From: Enoplolaimus lenunculus
Taxonomy: Eukaryota
Assembly (NCBI GenBank): GCA_030248215.1
Contig: JASANG010000295.1
Coordinates: forward strand, 248,001-312,000
Direction of reading: 5' to 3'
DNA length: 64,000 bases
A program made the position numbers and the translations under genes. This document shows, piece by piece, positions 26,880 through 40,426 of the stretch; within the stretch, counting starts at the first letter, position 1, and every line of letters begins with the position of its first letter. The notes under the pieces are model-generated. The model was given only the letters and a program-made list of their open reading frames with translations. It was not told where the DNA came from and did not search any database.

Positions 26880-29585
26880 TCAGAGGCGGGCTACGCGGTG
26901 CAGTGGTACAGCGCGTGCTCGGAATCCTAGGGCCGGTAATTCAATCCCCGCTCTGTAGGCCTGCTTTTCCAGCTGCTTAGTTAAAAGGTCTGAAGTCCGG
27001 TTTATACCTAGACTGACATGGGGGCTACGCAGTGAGCGCAGTTATAAGTACTGCGCTTTGAACACGGTATCCAATCGAAAAAATAAGATGGATGGTCAAG
27101 GGACGACCTTGCTAAAAATTGGGGCCGTAAGCATGTGAGACATGCTTGTCCGTTTTACGCATATGTAATATGTACAGTGCAGCGCACTGTATGTATGCTA
27201 GCTAGCATCATATGGTCAACATATATGTAGTTTGCGAGAAAAGTAGTTGGAGGCGGGCTACGTATGTAGTGCAGTGATAAAACGCTTGCAACGGGATCCA
27301 AACACCGCTAGTTCAATCCTCGCTCTGTAGACTTGCTGTTCTGCTGCTAAGTTAAAAGGTCTGAAGTCCCGGTTCCTATCTGTCGAGTACTGCACGATGG
27401 ATTACCCTACCAATACACAGCGTAGTACACAGGTAAAAACAATACATAATAAATAACACAAATAGTTGAAGAAGCAGTGCCGCGGTAGATCAGTTGGTAA
27501 AAGCTTTGGCCCGGTTAGCCGAAAATTACTGGTTCGAATCCAGCCATGGTCAATTATTTCAACTACTTCACACTAACATAGCAATTACATTGCCCATAAG
27601 ACCGCGCAACCTTAATGACACTGTGTAGAGTGTGAAAATTGGTTGCCAACTTAGTGCACAACTAGAACTTACTTCTGTGGAGTCAGTATATATGCACGGT
27701 AAGTGTATGTGAAACAAAAAGAATGTAATACATGTGCGTGCACATATACCGAAATAAGAAGTTATTGCAATGACCACATGGTGTAGTGGTAGTATGCTTG
27801 GCTGGAGCGCAAGAGGGCTGAAGTTCGATTTCCGGCATGGTCCAAGCGTTGGGCAAAACATCTAACAGGGGTCGTGCAGACCGTGTCATACCAACATGAG
27901 GACCCACCGAAACGTGCACTGCAAACAGCAAGCCCATGGATTCGGGGAATTGGACTCGCGGTCCGGGACGACCGCCTGTAAAAAAGAGATGTAAGAATAT
28001 GTGCACTGTAAGTGTATGTAAAGTGAAAAGTTTGTAATACATGTACATATATACCGTTATGAAGTTGTTGCCACGACCACATGGTGTAGGGGTAACATGT
28101 TTTGCTCGAGCGTGTAAGCATGTGAGACATGCTTGTCCGTTATGTGCACATGCAATATTGTGCAGTGCAGTGTATGTATGCTAGCTGGCAGCATACAGTC
28201 GACACATATAGTCGACGAAAAATGCAGTTGGAGAGGCGGGCTGCGTGGCGCAGTGGTAGAGTGCTCGCTTAAGGATCCGTAGGCTGAGAGTTCAATCCCC
28301 GCTCAAGCATGCTTTTCCAGCTGCTTAGTAAAAGGTTTGATGTCCCAGCTCCTACCTAGAATGACATGGGGGCCACGCCGTGAGCGCAATGGTAAACTGC
28401 CGCGCTATGAACACGGTATCCAGTCGAAAATAGGAGGACGGTCAAGGGACGACCTTGTTGAAAATAAGGGCATGTAAGCATGTGAAATATGCTTGTCCGT
28501 TATGTGCACATGCAATATAGTGCAGTGCACTGTATGTATGCTAGCTGGCAGCATACGGTCGACAAATATAGTCGACGAAAAATGCAGTTGGACAGGCGGG
28601 CTACGTGGCGCAGTGGTAGAGTGCTCGCTTAAGGATCCATAGGCTGAGAGTTCGATCCCCGCTCTAGCCCGCTTTTCCAGCTGCTTGGTAGAAAGGTCTG
28701 ATGTCCCGGTTCCTACCTAGACTGACATAGGGGCCACGCCGTGATCGCAATGGCAAATTGCCGCGCTAAGAGCACGCTATCCAGTCGAAAATAGGATGGA
28801 CGGTCAAGAGACGACCTTGTGGGAAATAAGGGCATGTAAGCATGTGAGACATGCTTGTCCGTTATGTGCACATGCAATATAGTGCAGTGCAGTGTATGTA
28901 TGCTAGCTGGCAGCATACAGTCGACACATATAGTCGACGAAAAATGCAGTTGGAGAGGCGGGCTACGTGGCGCAGTGGTAGAGTGCTCGCTTAAGGATCC
29001 ATAGGCTGAGAGTTCGATCCCCGCTCTAGCCCGCTTTTCCAGCTGCTTGGTAGAAAGGTCTGATGTCCTTGGTTCCTACCTAAATTGACAGAGCGCAAGC
29101 GGGCCGAGGTTCAATTCCCGGTCTGGCCCTTAACTTTGAGCAAAACTTCTGACAAGGGTCGTGCAGAGCATGTTGTACCAACATATGATGCCTCAAAGTT
29201 CAAGAGTGAGATTTAACACTCATCATAAGACAGAAAATTTGCGTGTTACGAATGTGAGCCATGCTTGTCCTGGTGCATATACAATATATGAAATGCACAT
29301 TATATAGTATGCTTGCCGGCTGCTTACGCGACTGACAATCACCAGATATTTCGCGTATTTGATCAGTTATCAATCAACATCATTTGGTGGATGGACCGCT
29401 TTATCAGAACCGTTCCACGTGTCGGTATGTGCGTACGGTAAAGTGTATAAAGCAAAAAGATTGTCAAACATATATGCACATACACCGGAATATGAAGTTG
29501 TTGCAATGACAACGCGGTGCTGTGGTAGCATGCTTGCCTCGACTACAAGATGGCCGAGGTTCGATTCTCGGCGTGGTTCTTAACT
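26880..29585 (+). repeat. Cluster of tRNA-headed (SINE-like) tandem repeats, two interleaved families
   Basis: Family 1 heads GGGCT(A/G)CG.. at 26888, 27255, 28238, 28598, 28960 (spacing 367, 360, 362 nt) with A box TGGCGCAGTGG and B box GTTCGATCC. Family 2 heads GACCACATGGTGTAGTGG.. at about 27773, 28075, 29507, plus a partial at about 29091. Confidence 0.85.
27479..27552 (+). pseudogene. Degenerate tRNA-like sequence
   Basis: D-loop AGTTGGTA, anticodon stem TTGGC/GCCGA, T-arm CTGG-TTCGAAT-CCAG. The D-stem and U33 are non-canonical, so it is probably not a functional tRNA. Confidence 0.6.
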
Positions 29586-29856
29586 TTGGCCAAAGCTTCG
29601 AAGAACCAGTCGCGCTAATCGCTTAAACAGCATAAGTTAACTAGCTATGCCATAAAATTATATAAGCTCCGGTTTTCAAAATCTCTTAATTTACTTTTGG
29701 AAGCTCTTAATAGCATTACTCAATCCTGGGATGATTTAATATACGCATACTTTACCTATGCAAATTTTCATGATAAGCCAATAGCTTAAGCGTACTTGCT
29801 CTCTGCTTAAGTTGAATGGGAATTTTTCTAAAGGCCGTGTAAAAGAGTTTAAAAAT

Positions 29857-31591
29857 ATGCGGGGTTTACGTTACCAATTGTGCGCTTGGTACCTGGTTTG
29901 GCACTATGCCCATAGCGGCACACACTAACTTTGTTGTTACCCATATGGATACCAACAGAAAGTGAAATGTTGCACATAGTTAGGTATTTGAAATATTGAC
30001 CTACCCTTATGGGTAGAGTTAAGTTGTCTGCTTGTAGCCCAGATGCCAACATAATGGACTTTCAAGCTTGTACTTTAAAACGGCTCAGTACAGTGAATTT
30101 TGTTTTAGAAGTCTGTTTAGTCTTTTTTACAATATATCTTTTGAAAAAATCTAAAAAATTACGCTAGCTATAATTATTGTTAAACCAATCGCAAGGTACC
30201 CATATGGGTAACAAACCGAAAACCAATTACTCATGTACCCATATGGGCAGAAGCTAGCAAACAACCTATCCATATAGGTTGTTTTTACCTCCTGCTATGG
30301 GTAGGTTATAAAACAGGTCACAAGCGCACAATCAGTAACGTGAACCTCGCAAAGCGGGGTTCACGTTACTACTTGTGCATTTTGTACCTATTTTTTCACC
30401 TTACCCGTACTTGGTGACAAGTATTTTCACGATACCCATATGGGCAAGTTTAGTACTACATAGCTAGTGATACTTTCGTTCGATCAACCCATATGGATAG
30501 CTCAAAATTTTGATTACATCCGGTATGGATTGTGGATTTGTCCACAAGCTACCCATATGGGTTTTATTTCCGTAGTGGCTACAGAAATTTTTTTAAATGT
30601 TGGTTTCTCGTGTTACTTTGCTTGTCTGGGTTGCTAGCATTTGTTCTTTTAAAATTTGTGTAGGGTGGGTCCACAGTGTGACATGCGGATGCATAGAGGC
30701 AAATAAGAACCTCATGCTGATGCTGTACATCGGTAAAAACACTGCTGCATATGTAGTGCCTTCATATGCAGCAGCAGTAAAACATTGAAGAACCAAGATA
30801 CATGTGTATAATGTTGAGGTTCTTATGAGGCATAAAAACAGAAAAACTCAGCAGTTGATTGTGAGGCGGCGTGGCCCAAAGGATAGCGCGCAGGACTGAA
30901 AATCTGTCGACCCGAGTTCGAAACCAATTGGGAGCGTCCCTCATTTTCAGCTGCTGAGAACTAAAAACTGAAAAACTGTCGTACCCCAGCCTACCCAACT
31001 TATCACACACAGTGCTGGTAGATGCTTTATTTCCATAAATAAATATTAAGCACTCGAGTAAGTCCCAGTGGTTCTTTGTGTTGTTTAAGTTACGACTGCT
31101 TATCGATAACCAGTTGTATAAAAATTTGAAAAATGCCGGAGCCGAAGCTGGGGGTCAACGAAACTTGCCGGAGCCGGAGCAGGAGGTGAGGCGAAATTAG
31201 GTAGTAAATATGATGGTTAATTAGTTAATTTTAGCCAATATCTGCAATGTTATTAATAAGTTGTTTCGGTTAACGCTAATTTTCTGCGAAATTTCGGAAA
31301 TTTTTTCCTGAAAATTGTGACAAAAGTAAAACCAAACGCGCTAAACAGATAAATTTTGCAAAATTATGCAAAATTTTACTACCGAAATTGCCGGAACCCC
31401 CGAGAAAAATTCTACCGGAGCCGGAGGCCGATTTTCTGCAGGAACCGGATCCGGAGGCAGACCTCCAGTTGTACCCTGCCATATGGGTATGTAAAAGCTA
31501 GCTAGCTATACGCATGGATCTATTTATCACGTGCTATGGGTTGGTGAAAATATAGGTACCAAACGCACAAACGGTTACGTGAACCCCGCAT
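29857..31591. mobile_element. Two head-to-tail MITEs rich in CCCATATGGG palindromes, the second with nested insertions
   Basis: Ends ATGCGGGGTTTACGTTACC.. (29857) and ..GGTTACGTGAACCCCGCAT (31591). The junction GTAACGTGAACCTCGCAAAGCGGGGTTCACGTTAC at about 30335-30369 is the end of copy 1 plus the start of copy 2. Confidence 0.7.
30865..30938 (+). pseudogene. Degenerate tRNA-like (Phe GAA-type loop) sequence or SINE head
   Basis: GGCGGCGTGGCCCAAAGGATAGCGCGCAGGACTGAAAATCTG..GAGTTCGAAACC has A and B boxes and a CTGAAAA loop, but the T and acceptor stems are broken. Confidence 0.55.
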
Positions 31592-33422
31592 TAGGTGTTG
31601 CGTTGGTAAATAATATTTGGCTATAATGTACTGAAGAGGTCCATACCTAAATCTGCAGATTACCCGGGAAGAAATTAAGTTCTGCCGATCTGACGCAATC
31701 TTTTTCGCTCGGGATTTTGGGAAATTGGGATTTTGGAAAATTCGTATATTGCCCTGAAAATTGGGATTTTGGTAAATCGGGATTCCGCCGGAAAGTGGGG
31801 TTTACGGCGCAATCTTTTTCGCTCGGGATCTTAGGAAAATGGGTTTTTAGGAAATTGGGATATAACGGGGGAAAATGGGATATTGCCCATGAAACTGGGA
31901 TTTTGAAAAATTCGGATATTATCCGTGAAAATAGGACTTTGGAGAATAAAATTTCGGTACCCCCAAAATTTGCTGGAGGGGTGAAATTGTCCGTTTGTAG
32001 TAATTTAAACTTAAACCGCAGTGTTGTTTTACGTTGCTCATGTTGAGTTTCTTCGTTAAATAATTGGGCTACCCTCCGGATAAAACTTAAACTTCTGAAT
32101 AGCCTAATGTCAGTCACACATTATACGACAGGTGCATGGCGCAAATGCAACATCACTAGTATCCGCAAACAGTTAGATAATATCTAATCGTCCGTGGCCT
32201 TTTTAGCTAGATGCGGACATTTTACAGCTTTGCCAAAATCCTATGCCGACATATGGATTGTTGACAAAACAGTGATTCAGACACATAATTTATTTTCACG
32301 TAGGTAAGCGCATTTCTATAAATCACGGTTAACCCTTTATCACATGAATATTTTCTATTTCATCTGAGACCTACATTTATGCTAGGATTCGAACTCCATT
32401 GACTGGAGTGGGAGGCGTATTTTGCAAACCGAGTTTTTGGACCATTTTTTCATTCTAAACCGTTTCCAACTCAACTGAAGATTACTCATCGCTCAACATG
32501 ACAAAAATTTCTCGCAAACGCTAATATTAATTTTAACTAATATTACTGACAACTTAACCATAAGCTGAAAGAAGCACAATTATATAAAATGTAGATAATC
32601 TATAATTGAAACTGTGATTAATATATATTTTATATATTAGTCACAGCTTCAGTTTATCATAAGGCTCATGCGTGTTGAACTTGCTGCTGCAAGGTACTTT
32701 CGAATGCTGTATGCCCTGAAACGGTCTTTATATAATTGTGCTTTTTTCAGTTCATAACTACGGGTATTTGTAACGCTATTAAAAATTATGAGTACTCAGC
32801 GTAATATAAAATCCGGGGGCGGCAAAATTTTCGCCGGGAAAAATGAAAATTTCGAAAATAAAAAAATGTTATGTTCATATAAATCGCCAAAACTTATAAA
32901 AATTTTCTGTTTAAAGTTGTTTAAATTTGTCCATGAAACGTTTTCTTCAGACTCATTTTTATCGTGTTCACAGGGCTCGCCTCGTTGGTTAGTACTTCAG
33001 GTTCCGCTGGGATACTCACCGGCCAAATCAGGCAAATGAGGTCTTATTACAAATCACATAAAAAATGTGTGCGAAATGGAACCTTCTGTATACTTCCAAA
33101 GTGATATCTCTTTACCACATTAACCGTTCAAAAGCATTGATCGCTAAGTTTAGCAACTTAGCTAGGAAATTTCTATCACTACAAATTGCTAGCGAGGTAA
33201 TAGGATGTTCTAAACAGTGTGTTCCTATAAAAATTACCACCACCTGTATGCAGTGAGTTGCTACCCTTAAGCTTCTGGGTACCGCGCTAAACTCTTGTTT
33301 GCACGTAGCAGCCAAAAATGCTTATACACATGTATATATGTTATAACAAATATTGCAACTATGCATTATGCTAACGGCATAGCCTTTTTTGAAAACTTCA
33401 AACGTTTTATACTGCAAGACAA

Positions 33423-36400
33423 ATGAGCTTAATTTCCGATATCGACGCAAATTGTCCTGGTCAGCGCGTCAAGATGCAGTCATACCCATTACATAAAGCG
33501 GTTTTCGATAATGACGTTAAAGGTTTGGCCCAAGCGCTTAAAACTACCTACGTTGGCGAAACTGACTTACACGGTTAGTCTGTTATCGTGCAAGATTAGC
33601 TGCGATCGAAAATCGTCTCTGGTTTAAAATTAATTGATACGTTTATTTTCCAAGGAACTGTTAGGCTGTAGACATATCGTGTACGCTGTTATTCATTGCA
33701 AATATACATAATATACGTATTTGTTTTTAGGTAACACTGCGCTGCATTTGTCATTAATGCTTGGTCACAAAGGTGAGTAATTGCAAATGCATGTATCCTA
33801 ATAATTGGTAAACTGTCAAGTCTTTCAAAATTAAAGTAGCTTTGCATGCCCAATTATTTTTAGAAGTATTGCATTTTTAAACATGTAGGTATATTATGTG
33901 TTATATGTCAAATAAACGTTAAGCAACAAATTAGGCTCCTGTTATTTTCAAATACGAAATACCTTAATGTCTTTTATACTCTGGAAAAGATGATGTTTCC
34001 ATTCGATTTTTTGAGTTGCATTTGTTTAACAGTGTAAAAAGCTTACTTCAGAATGTACTGCGCTTTTGTTAGCACACCGAGCACCGATTAAAGTGAAAAA
34101 TTTGAATGGCTGGAGTCCATTGGCTGAAGCTGTCAGTTATGGCGACAGACAAATTCGTAAGTTGTTTATCTATATTATTCAGTAGTGGAGCTTGGATCTG
34201 GATATTATCTTTTCAATTATTCACTTGTTCGTTTGAATCAGTGAGGCAAACTTATACATTTAAATTTCGGTCGCAGACATTTTTGATTCTAACAAAAGTT
34301 TCAGGCATTCTTAATATTCGTATCTATGTGGTTTCAATATCATTTTGTTGTACTGCCTTTGTTGCAGATTAATTTTATTTGAACATTTCAGTCATATCAA
34401 TTTTGCGACATTTAAAACTTGAAGCTCGCCAGTCAATTCAAAGTCGCAAGCCGTACCTTATTCAAGCACTAACAAGTCTTGATGACTTTTCAATGGAGCT
34501 CAAATGGGATTTTCACTTCATTGGTACGAACTGAATATATCTTTTTAATAGGGATGTGCCGAATAATCTGCATCTGCACCGTTATCGGCACTTTTCGTGA
34601 GTATAGGCATTCACATCGGCATTGCACTGCAAAACAATTGCCGATTTTTGCCGATTCTTTTTGCACATAATAGTGAGTTGGAATGCTGTCAATTTCGTTT
34701 ATATATCGGGGCGTCTGATCAAGCTAACTGTTATCTCGCTTGCGTTAGTGTTTGAAAAAATTAATTGAAATGAACCGTTCTCATAAAATTATAATTTTTA
34801 TGGTTGTAAGGGATAGGTCTTCGCGTTTGTAATGATGTTCGTACGTACCGTTGTATAATATGATCATATCCGTTCTTCAAGCATCGTGCATAATTATTGG
34901 AATTGGCATCGGCATGTTTTCAAAATAAAAATAGGCAAGGGCAAAAATCGGTATAGCCACTTCCCTATTTTGCAAACAGCACTTGATGTTAACTTATGTA
35001 CGTTACGTTCGTAATATATATGTATGTATATATGGTGTGGTGCACCTTCTTTGTAATATACAGTTCAGACCTGCACTTGCATACTATTCTTCAGAAGATC
35101 ATCCGATCTTCGCATGAGTGAGCAGTAACAGAGAATATTTGATAAAAGTATACAAGCTTACAACAGTTCGAGCATGTGGTTTCTGTCATACTTTCTAGTT
35201 TATGCTTAAGTTAAATGAAAGCAAAAATATAAAAATTTTATATATGTCGGAATTCTGATTGTTAAAATGTAAAAGACGTTTGTTTCTTTAGTTCCGTTTG
35301 TATCCAATATGCTTCCATCTGATGTGTGCAAAATTTACAAGCTTGGTGCATCTCTAAGGTTAGTTGTGTATCGTTTACTTTACAATTTATGCCATAGGTT
35401 GCAAAAAATTAAATGTTGCCACAAAAGCTGACACGAGTTGACACATGAATAATTATTGCTGTTCAAAATGTTGCTCGCAAATTGTGCTTTTATTTTGCGT
35501 TGAAGAACAGTTAATATTTTCAAACTTTGGAAGTATGGAAAAATTCTAAATATAGCAGGCGACCTATATCAAGTATATATAGGGGCTTGACACCACGATA
35601 CATGGGAAAAGTGGGAGTTGGAGACTCGTTAGCCTAAGATTAACCTTATGTTTAAGCTGAGGCTTAGATTTAAGTTTATATGATTAGCAGGTAGGCCGCT
35701 ATAATTTACATGGGCCTAACAAACAAAATACTAATGGATAAAATATTTCAGAATGGACACAACCCTAGTAGATTTCAATGAAAAAGCGTGGGAGCGAGGC
35801 GATATTAGTTTTTTGTTCGATTCTAATGCAAAGGACGGAGAAGCATTAGTTATTCTTGACAATAAAGCAAAAGTTTACCAACGCATACAGTATGAGGTAG
35901 GTAAATAACAAGGGCGCAGCCAGGGGGGGTTCAGTGGTCAACCTTTCACCCGCGAGGGATTTTCATGCAGTGGTTTTTAGAAACTTTTATTTTGCAACAC
36001 CACAATTCCCTTGAAAGTTTTTATAGAACGGAACCTCTTCCAAAGTCCTGGCTACGAATGTGGGCTAACTAGGTAGAATTTTGAATTGATGATGTGTTTG
36101 TAATATTTGCCTACGAATATACTTCAATGGCTTCATATTCGACTTGCAGGAAAGCCCATTCAAACTGAACTTGTATTTGACGTTACTACCCGTTCCTTCT
36201 ATATATCGCTGTTGTTGGACAAAATCCAGACAACTAAACTAGCAGATACAAAGCAGGCGGATATTGGAGTTTATATATTACTGTAACATTGGCGCGCTGC
36301 AGAGTCATTCGCCAAAATCATTCTTGAAGTAGAAGCGTGCTAAAATATAGCATTACACGTATTTATTTTGTGCAGGAAACACGACGGCTGGGTAATTGTT

Positions 36401-39400
36401 GCTGTGATGGAAGAATAGCAAATCAGATTATTCAATTAACAGTTACATTTTTGTGTTGTTATCTATATCATTGAAGCTGGAACGACCACATGGTTTCGGT
36501 TGCGAATATTGCAAACACGTTGACAGGTACATAATTATTGACAAATTTTTCAGGAAAATGAACGTGAAGTCGAAGATGAAGTTGATATATTAATGTCAAG
36601 CGATATAGTTAACGCCCAAATGTCAACGAAACGTGTAAATTTTGTTCGTGATCAAGTCGGATGGTTTTTTAATCGGCACGATCGAAATGTAAGTATGTAT
36701 GTTTCGCAAAGAAATCCGTCAGCGTCAAGTTAAAGTATTTATTGAGCGAAGCTTGGAAATATTTGCTTTTAAATCACCAGTTAATCATTCAGGCTTATAA
36801 AGCACAAACGCATATTTTGACCGACTTACTTTGTAATTAATGTAATATGCAAATTAGTATTAGACAGTTGTAATATGAAATAACTTAAAAAAGTAGTAAT
36901 TTAGATTTAACAAAATAAATTAAACTAATATGTAATTTAGCTATTTGCTGACTATTCAGTTATCTGTTTTGCAGGTTTATAAACAACTTATTCAGATTCC
37001 TCGCACTCAAAAGCCCTTTAGTATTGAAAGTAGGTTGCTTGTAACTAGTAAATTAGTGGAATAATGTAAAAAAGGTCCTAATTCATGCTTAACCATTTTT
37101 GCAAATTAACCTATGGCTAAACTACCGGCTTTAAAATTTTACCGCAGAATAATAAGCTTTGAAATAAAAAATATCAAAATCATTTCAGTGGTTCCTGAGA
37201 TCCACGTCGGACGGACCGACGGAGGGATATCCACCTTTCAATCCCCAAGTACAAAACGTAAAACGCTTCATTTAACTTATAGCTCCGCTCAATATGTTGT
37301 TTATTATTTTTCTAATTTCAACAGTTTTAGGAGTATGTGGGCGATCAGTATGCTGAATTCTATAGAGTGGAAGGCTTGGAACTGGTGTCCCGTAAACGGT
37401 AAGCAAGCACTACAAAAACTATTTCTTTCTATACTCAATTGTTGAATGAGAATAAATTATATTATAACCTTAATAAAATTATTTGGTTGTCATTCAGTTA
37501 GCTACCTAGAAAATGTCTGGCACAAGTAATATTATTCGTTGGAGCCAGCATAAATTTTGGAAATTATCTGTTTTTTTTTCAAAATTCCCCTTGAGTGTGA
37601 ATTTTCAAATTACTTTTTGAATGAAGCGTTGCAAATTTAGGCGTGAACACTTGTCGGCAGATGATGTGGCAAAGAACAAATCCATGCTACAGAGTATTCA
37701 AAATGGAGAGATAATGGTCGGTGACCTCGTAAGTTTTAGCAGTTACCAACACAAGTAATCAATCTATCATCTAGTAATAACTGTTTATGAAACATGTCCG
37801 TATGTCTAGCAGGGTGTAACCGGAATTCGGTTGCCAACCAAGTTTCGGTTCCGATTACGCAATGAATCGGAATCGGAATTTTGAAGTTTTAATTTCTGAT
37901 ACGTTGCATGAAAATTTTTTATCTGTTAAATTGCTTTCGACGAGCTAACATGTCAATAATTGATTGTAGTTTAGCTTTCCAGAACCAAAAATCGGCAGTC
38001 TGTTCATGCGACGTTATTGAAAATGATTGCCAGCCAAGAGATACGCTAAATCAATAGTATATTTTGTTCCTACAAATTGTTCGTACAGTTACAAAAATTA
38101 CTAGTTCCGATTACGATGCTGGTATAATCCAGTTCCGGGTTGCACACTGGTGTCTAGAGTTTAATTAATAAGCTAGTTTTAGCCATTGAATGATAGAAGG
38201 ACAGTTAAATGGTAACCATTGGCGGTTATGCCGCTGCTTCATATTTTGATATATTATCTCAAAATTCTGCAAGTGAGTAGGAATTTGAAATGTTTATCAT
38301 AATTTATGTCTGTGCTAATAATTTTTAAGGTGTCAGCTTTTGTATTGAAATAAAAAACATTTCCAACAATTAGAGAATATAAAATAATATCTCAGTATTA
38401 ACTTTGATACCAATAAAACAATAATCCGATTGAATCACTGGTTTTTTTTTGGGAACTGTGTTTAGACTTCCTACACCATTCCGTACTGTCAATTTATATT
38501 TGAAATCAAATCCGAATTTAAGGTAAAATTCTACACTGGTTTCTTTTTAGAATTCTGGTTAATCATTGCCATTTTAGCTCGCTCGACGCAAATCCATTGC
38601 TCCTCCGCCGAAGAACAAAATTTCTTTTGCCACTTACTTGGATTCGGAACCAGGGGACTGGCCAGACATTGGTCGTAAACAAATAGTCAAACGAAGTGTC
38701 AAAAAGTTTAGTCCTAAAGTTGCTATGGTGAGTGGAGTGCGTGTTCGATTGAGAATGCTTATGCCTGCACCATTGGCGTAGATTGACGGAATCTATTGCC
38801 AAAGTAACTTGCTGGTTGGGTTGACTCAGGCAACTAAGAACTTGAAATGTAACGCAGTAAATAGCGTTCATACCGGTCGAGGCATTCTGTGTAGGAAGTT
38901 TTAACCTTTTCACCAGTATAGTTTTTGCAAAAAACACTTTGAAATAAACCATAACGTACATTGACGAGTTTGCAGCAAGATAACTGTTATCGGTTGAATT
39001 AATTTAGAGTATTAAATTAACATTTCAAAACGTATTTATATTACCGTTTCGTACATTACTTTTTCCAGAGTCAAGAATTTCCCCTTACCGTGTTACAGTA
39101 AGTTTCACAATTTCAATTAATTTGTAACTAACTGGATTCTTAGTGTTTTACGTGAGGTGGTCGTTGTTGGTTGAGCGCGATTACTGGCTCAGACCGGGTA
39201 TCTAAGTATAAATTTGCACCAAGTTTGCCACTTCGCGTTTCGCAAAGTTTTTATAGTATGATTGTATTCTTTTCCGATATATCCTTTTAGTATAACGGGA
39301 GTAGTAAGTACTATCGACCGATAGTGAACATTTTATAAGTAGTGTTAGGCGTAGGCAGTAAGAAAAGCGATATACCAAAACCAATCAAATGGTTTAACCT

Positions 39401-40151
39401 CAAGGTTTTCACAATAAAAATTGCCCTATTTTCTGTCACCACATTACTTAAATTTGATTTTGCTTCTTATGATTTTAGGCTAGTAAACATTTTGGAAATT
39501 ATTGCGCCGTTCAAAAATATCAAGAAACTAAGAGAGTTTTGCGAATGCAAGCTTCCGCCTGGTTTCCCAGTTAAAGTTGGTAAGTACGATACGTATCAAA
39601 CATTTTGGCAGGTAGCAGTGTGTGGTTGCAAAATTATTACTAATATGTACCTACTTGCGTATATCTAGTTTTTGACCTATAAGAGAATATTATTTGCTTC
39701 TATAGAGCAACTAAAGGTTTGCCATATTTTGGTCCTTAAGTTGAAACGAAATCTAAGAGCATAATTTTTCGAATGATTTGCCTGCCGCGTCTACACAATA
39801 TCACTCATAATCGAAATTTCTTTTACAGCAGCACTCACATAACATTATAATATATATGGTCGGAATTGCTTCAGCAATTTTAACAGTCGAAGATTAACGC
39901 ATTGCAGAATTGCAATAATACTGTTGCCTTTTTCGAAAAAATGGAAGTTCAAGAAAGCATATTATGTTACACATTACACATTTCATTTTTCAAAGTGCAC
40001 GCTTGGCATGCTTTCAGAAATCCCGTTGTTTTTAACGATCTCTGCGATAATAACGTTTCAAAACTTCAAAACCTCCCCTGATATCAAACCGAGTTTGTTT
40101 AAAATTCCAAAGAACTACCGCGAAGACAACAAAAGGTTTCCTGATTTATGA
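33423..40151 (+). CDS. ANKRD13C: Ankyrin repeat domain-containing protein 13C (GPCR-chaperone domain), 448 aa
   Basis: 13 exons: 33423-33573, 33731-33772, 34052-34156, 34392-34523, 35292-35358, 35752-35896, 36554-36688, 37331-37398, 37641-37728, 38578-38727, 39069-39097, 39479-39579, 40018-40151 (1347 nt). Motifs YPLHKAVF, GNTALHLSLMLG, GWSPLAEAVSYGDRQ, LPSDVCKIYK, EDEVDILMSSDI, KLPPGFPVK and C-terminal RFPDL*. Confidence 0.95.
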
Positions 40152-40426
40152 CTATCTGGGTAAGTTTAGTCGCCATAGTAAGGTTTTTCGCGCTCAGTAT
40201 ATGTCAGTGGTGCTTTCCCCTTTACTAAACATATTTTGATTGTTTGGTGATTGTACCAAAAAAGACATTGTAAATCAGGTTTCTGTGGAGTTCTAGTTTT
40301 CTTTGAAAAAATTACATCGCCGTTGGTTCTCATCTTGGATTTTGCGCCGGATTTTGACCTTCTTGATATATGTTTTGAAACAGCTAGGTCCAATTTTGTT
40401 TTAGACTCGGTGCGCTTTCGGATTGG

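Noticed and set aside
27890..27925. Minimal hammerhead (ATGAG..CGAAAC)
   Set aside because: The CUGA core and the GUH cleavage triplet are missing.
28330..28460. Hammerhead, HDV-like or pistol ribozyme, or RNase P RNA, in the repeat unit
   Set aside because: CTGATGT lacks the CUGANGA core geometry; an HDV fit gives only a 4-nt L3 and no P1.1 GG; the GAAAGGTCTGA resemblance to RNase P CR-I has no matching CR-V.
26880..29585. Functional tRNA gene cluster
   Set aside because: A and B boxes are present, but anticodon, T or acceptor stems fail to pair in the copies I folded by eye.
40149..40151. Selenocysteine UGA in ANKRD13C
   Set aside because: The TGA sits at the normal ANKRD13C C-terminus and I saw no convincing SECIS after 42313; not excluded without a SECIS search.
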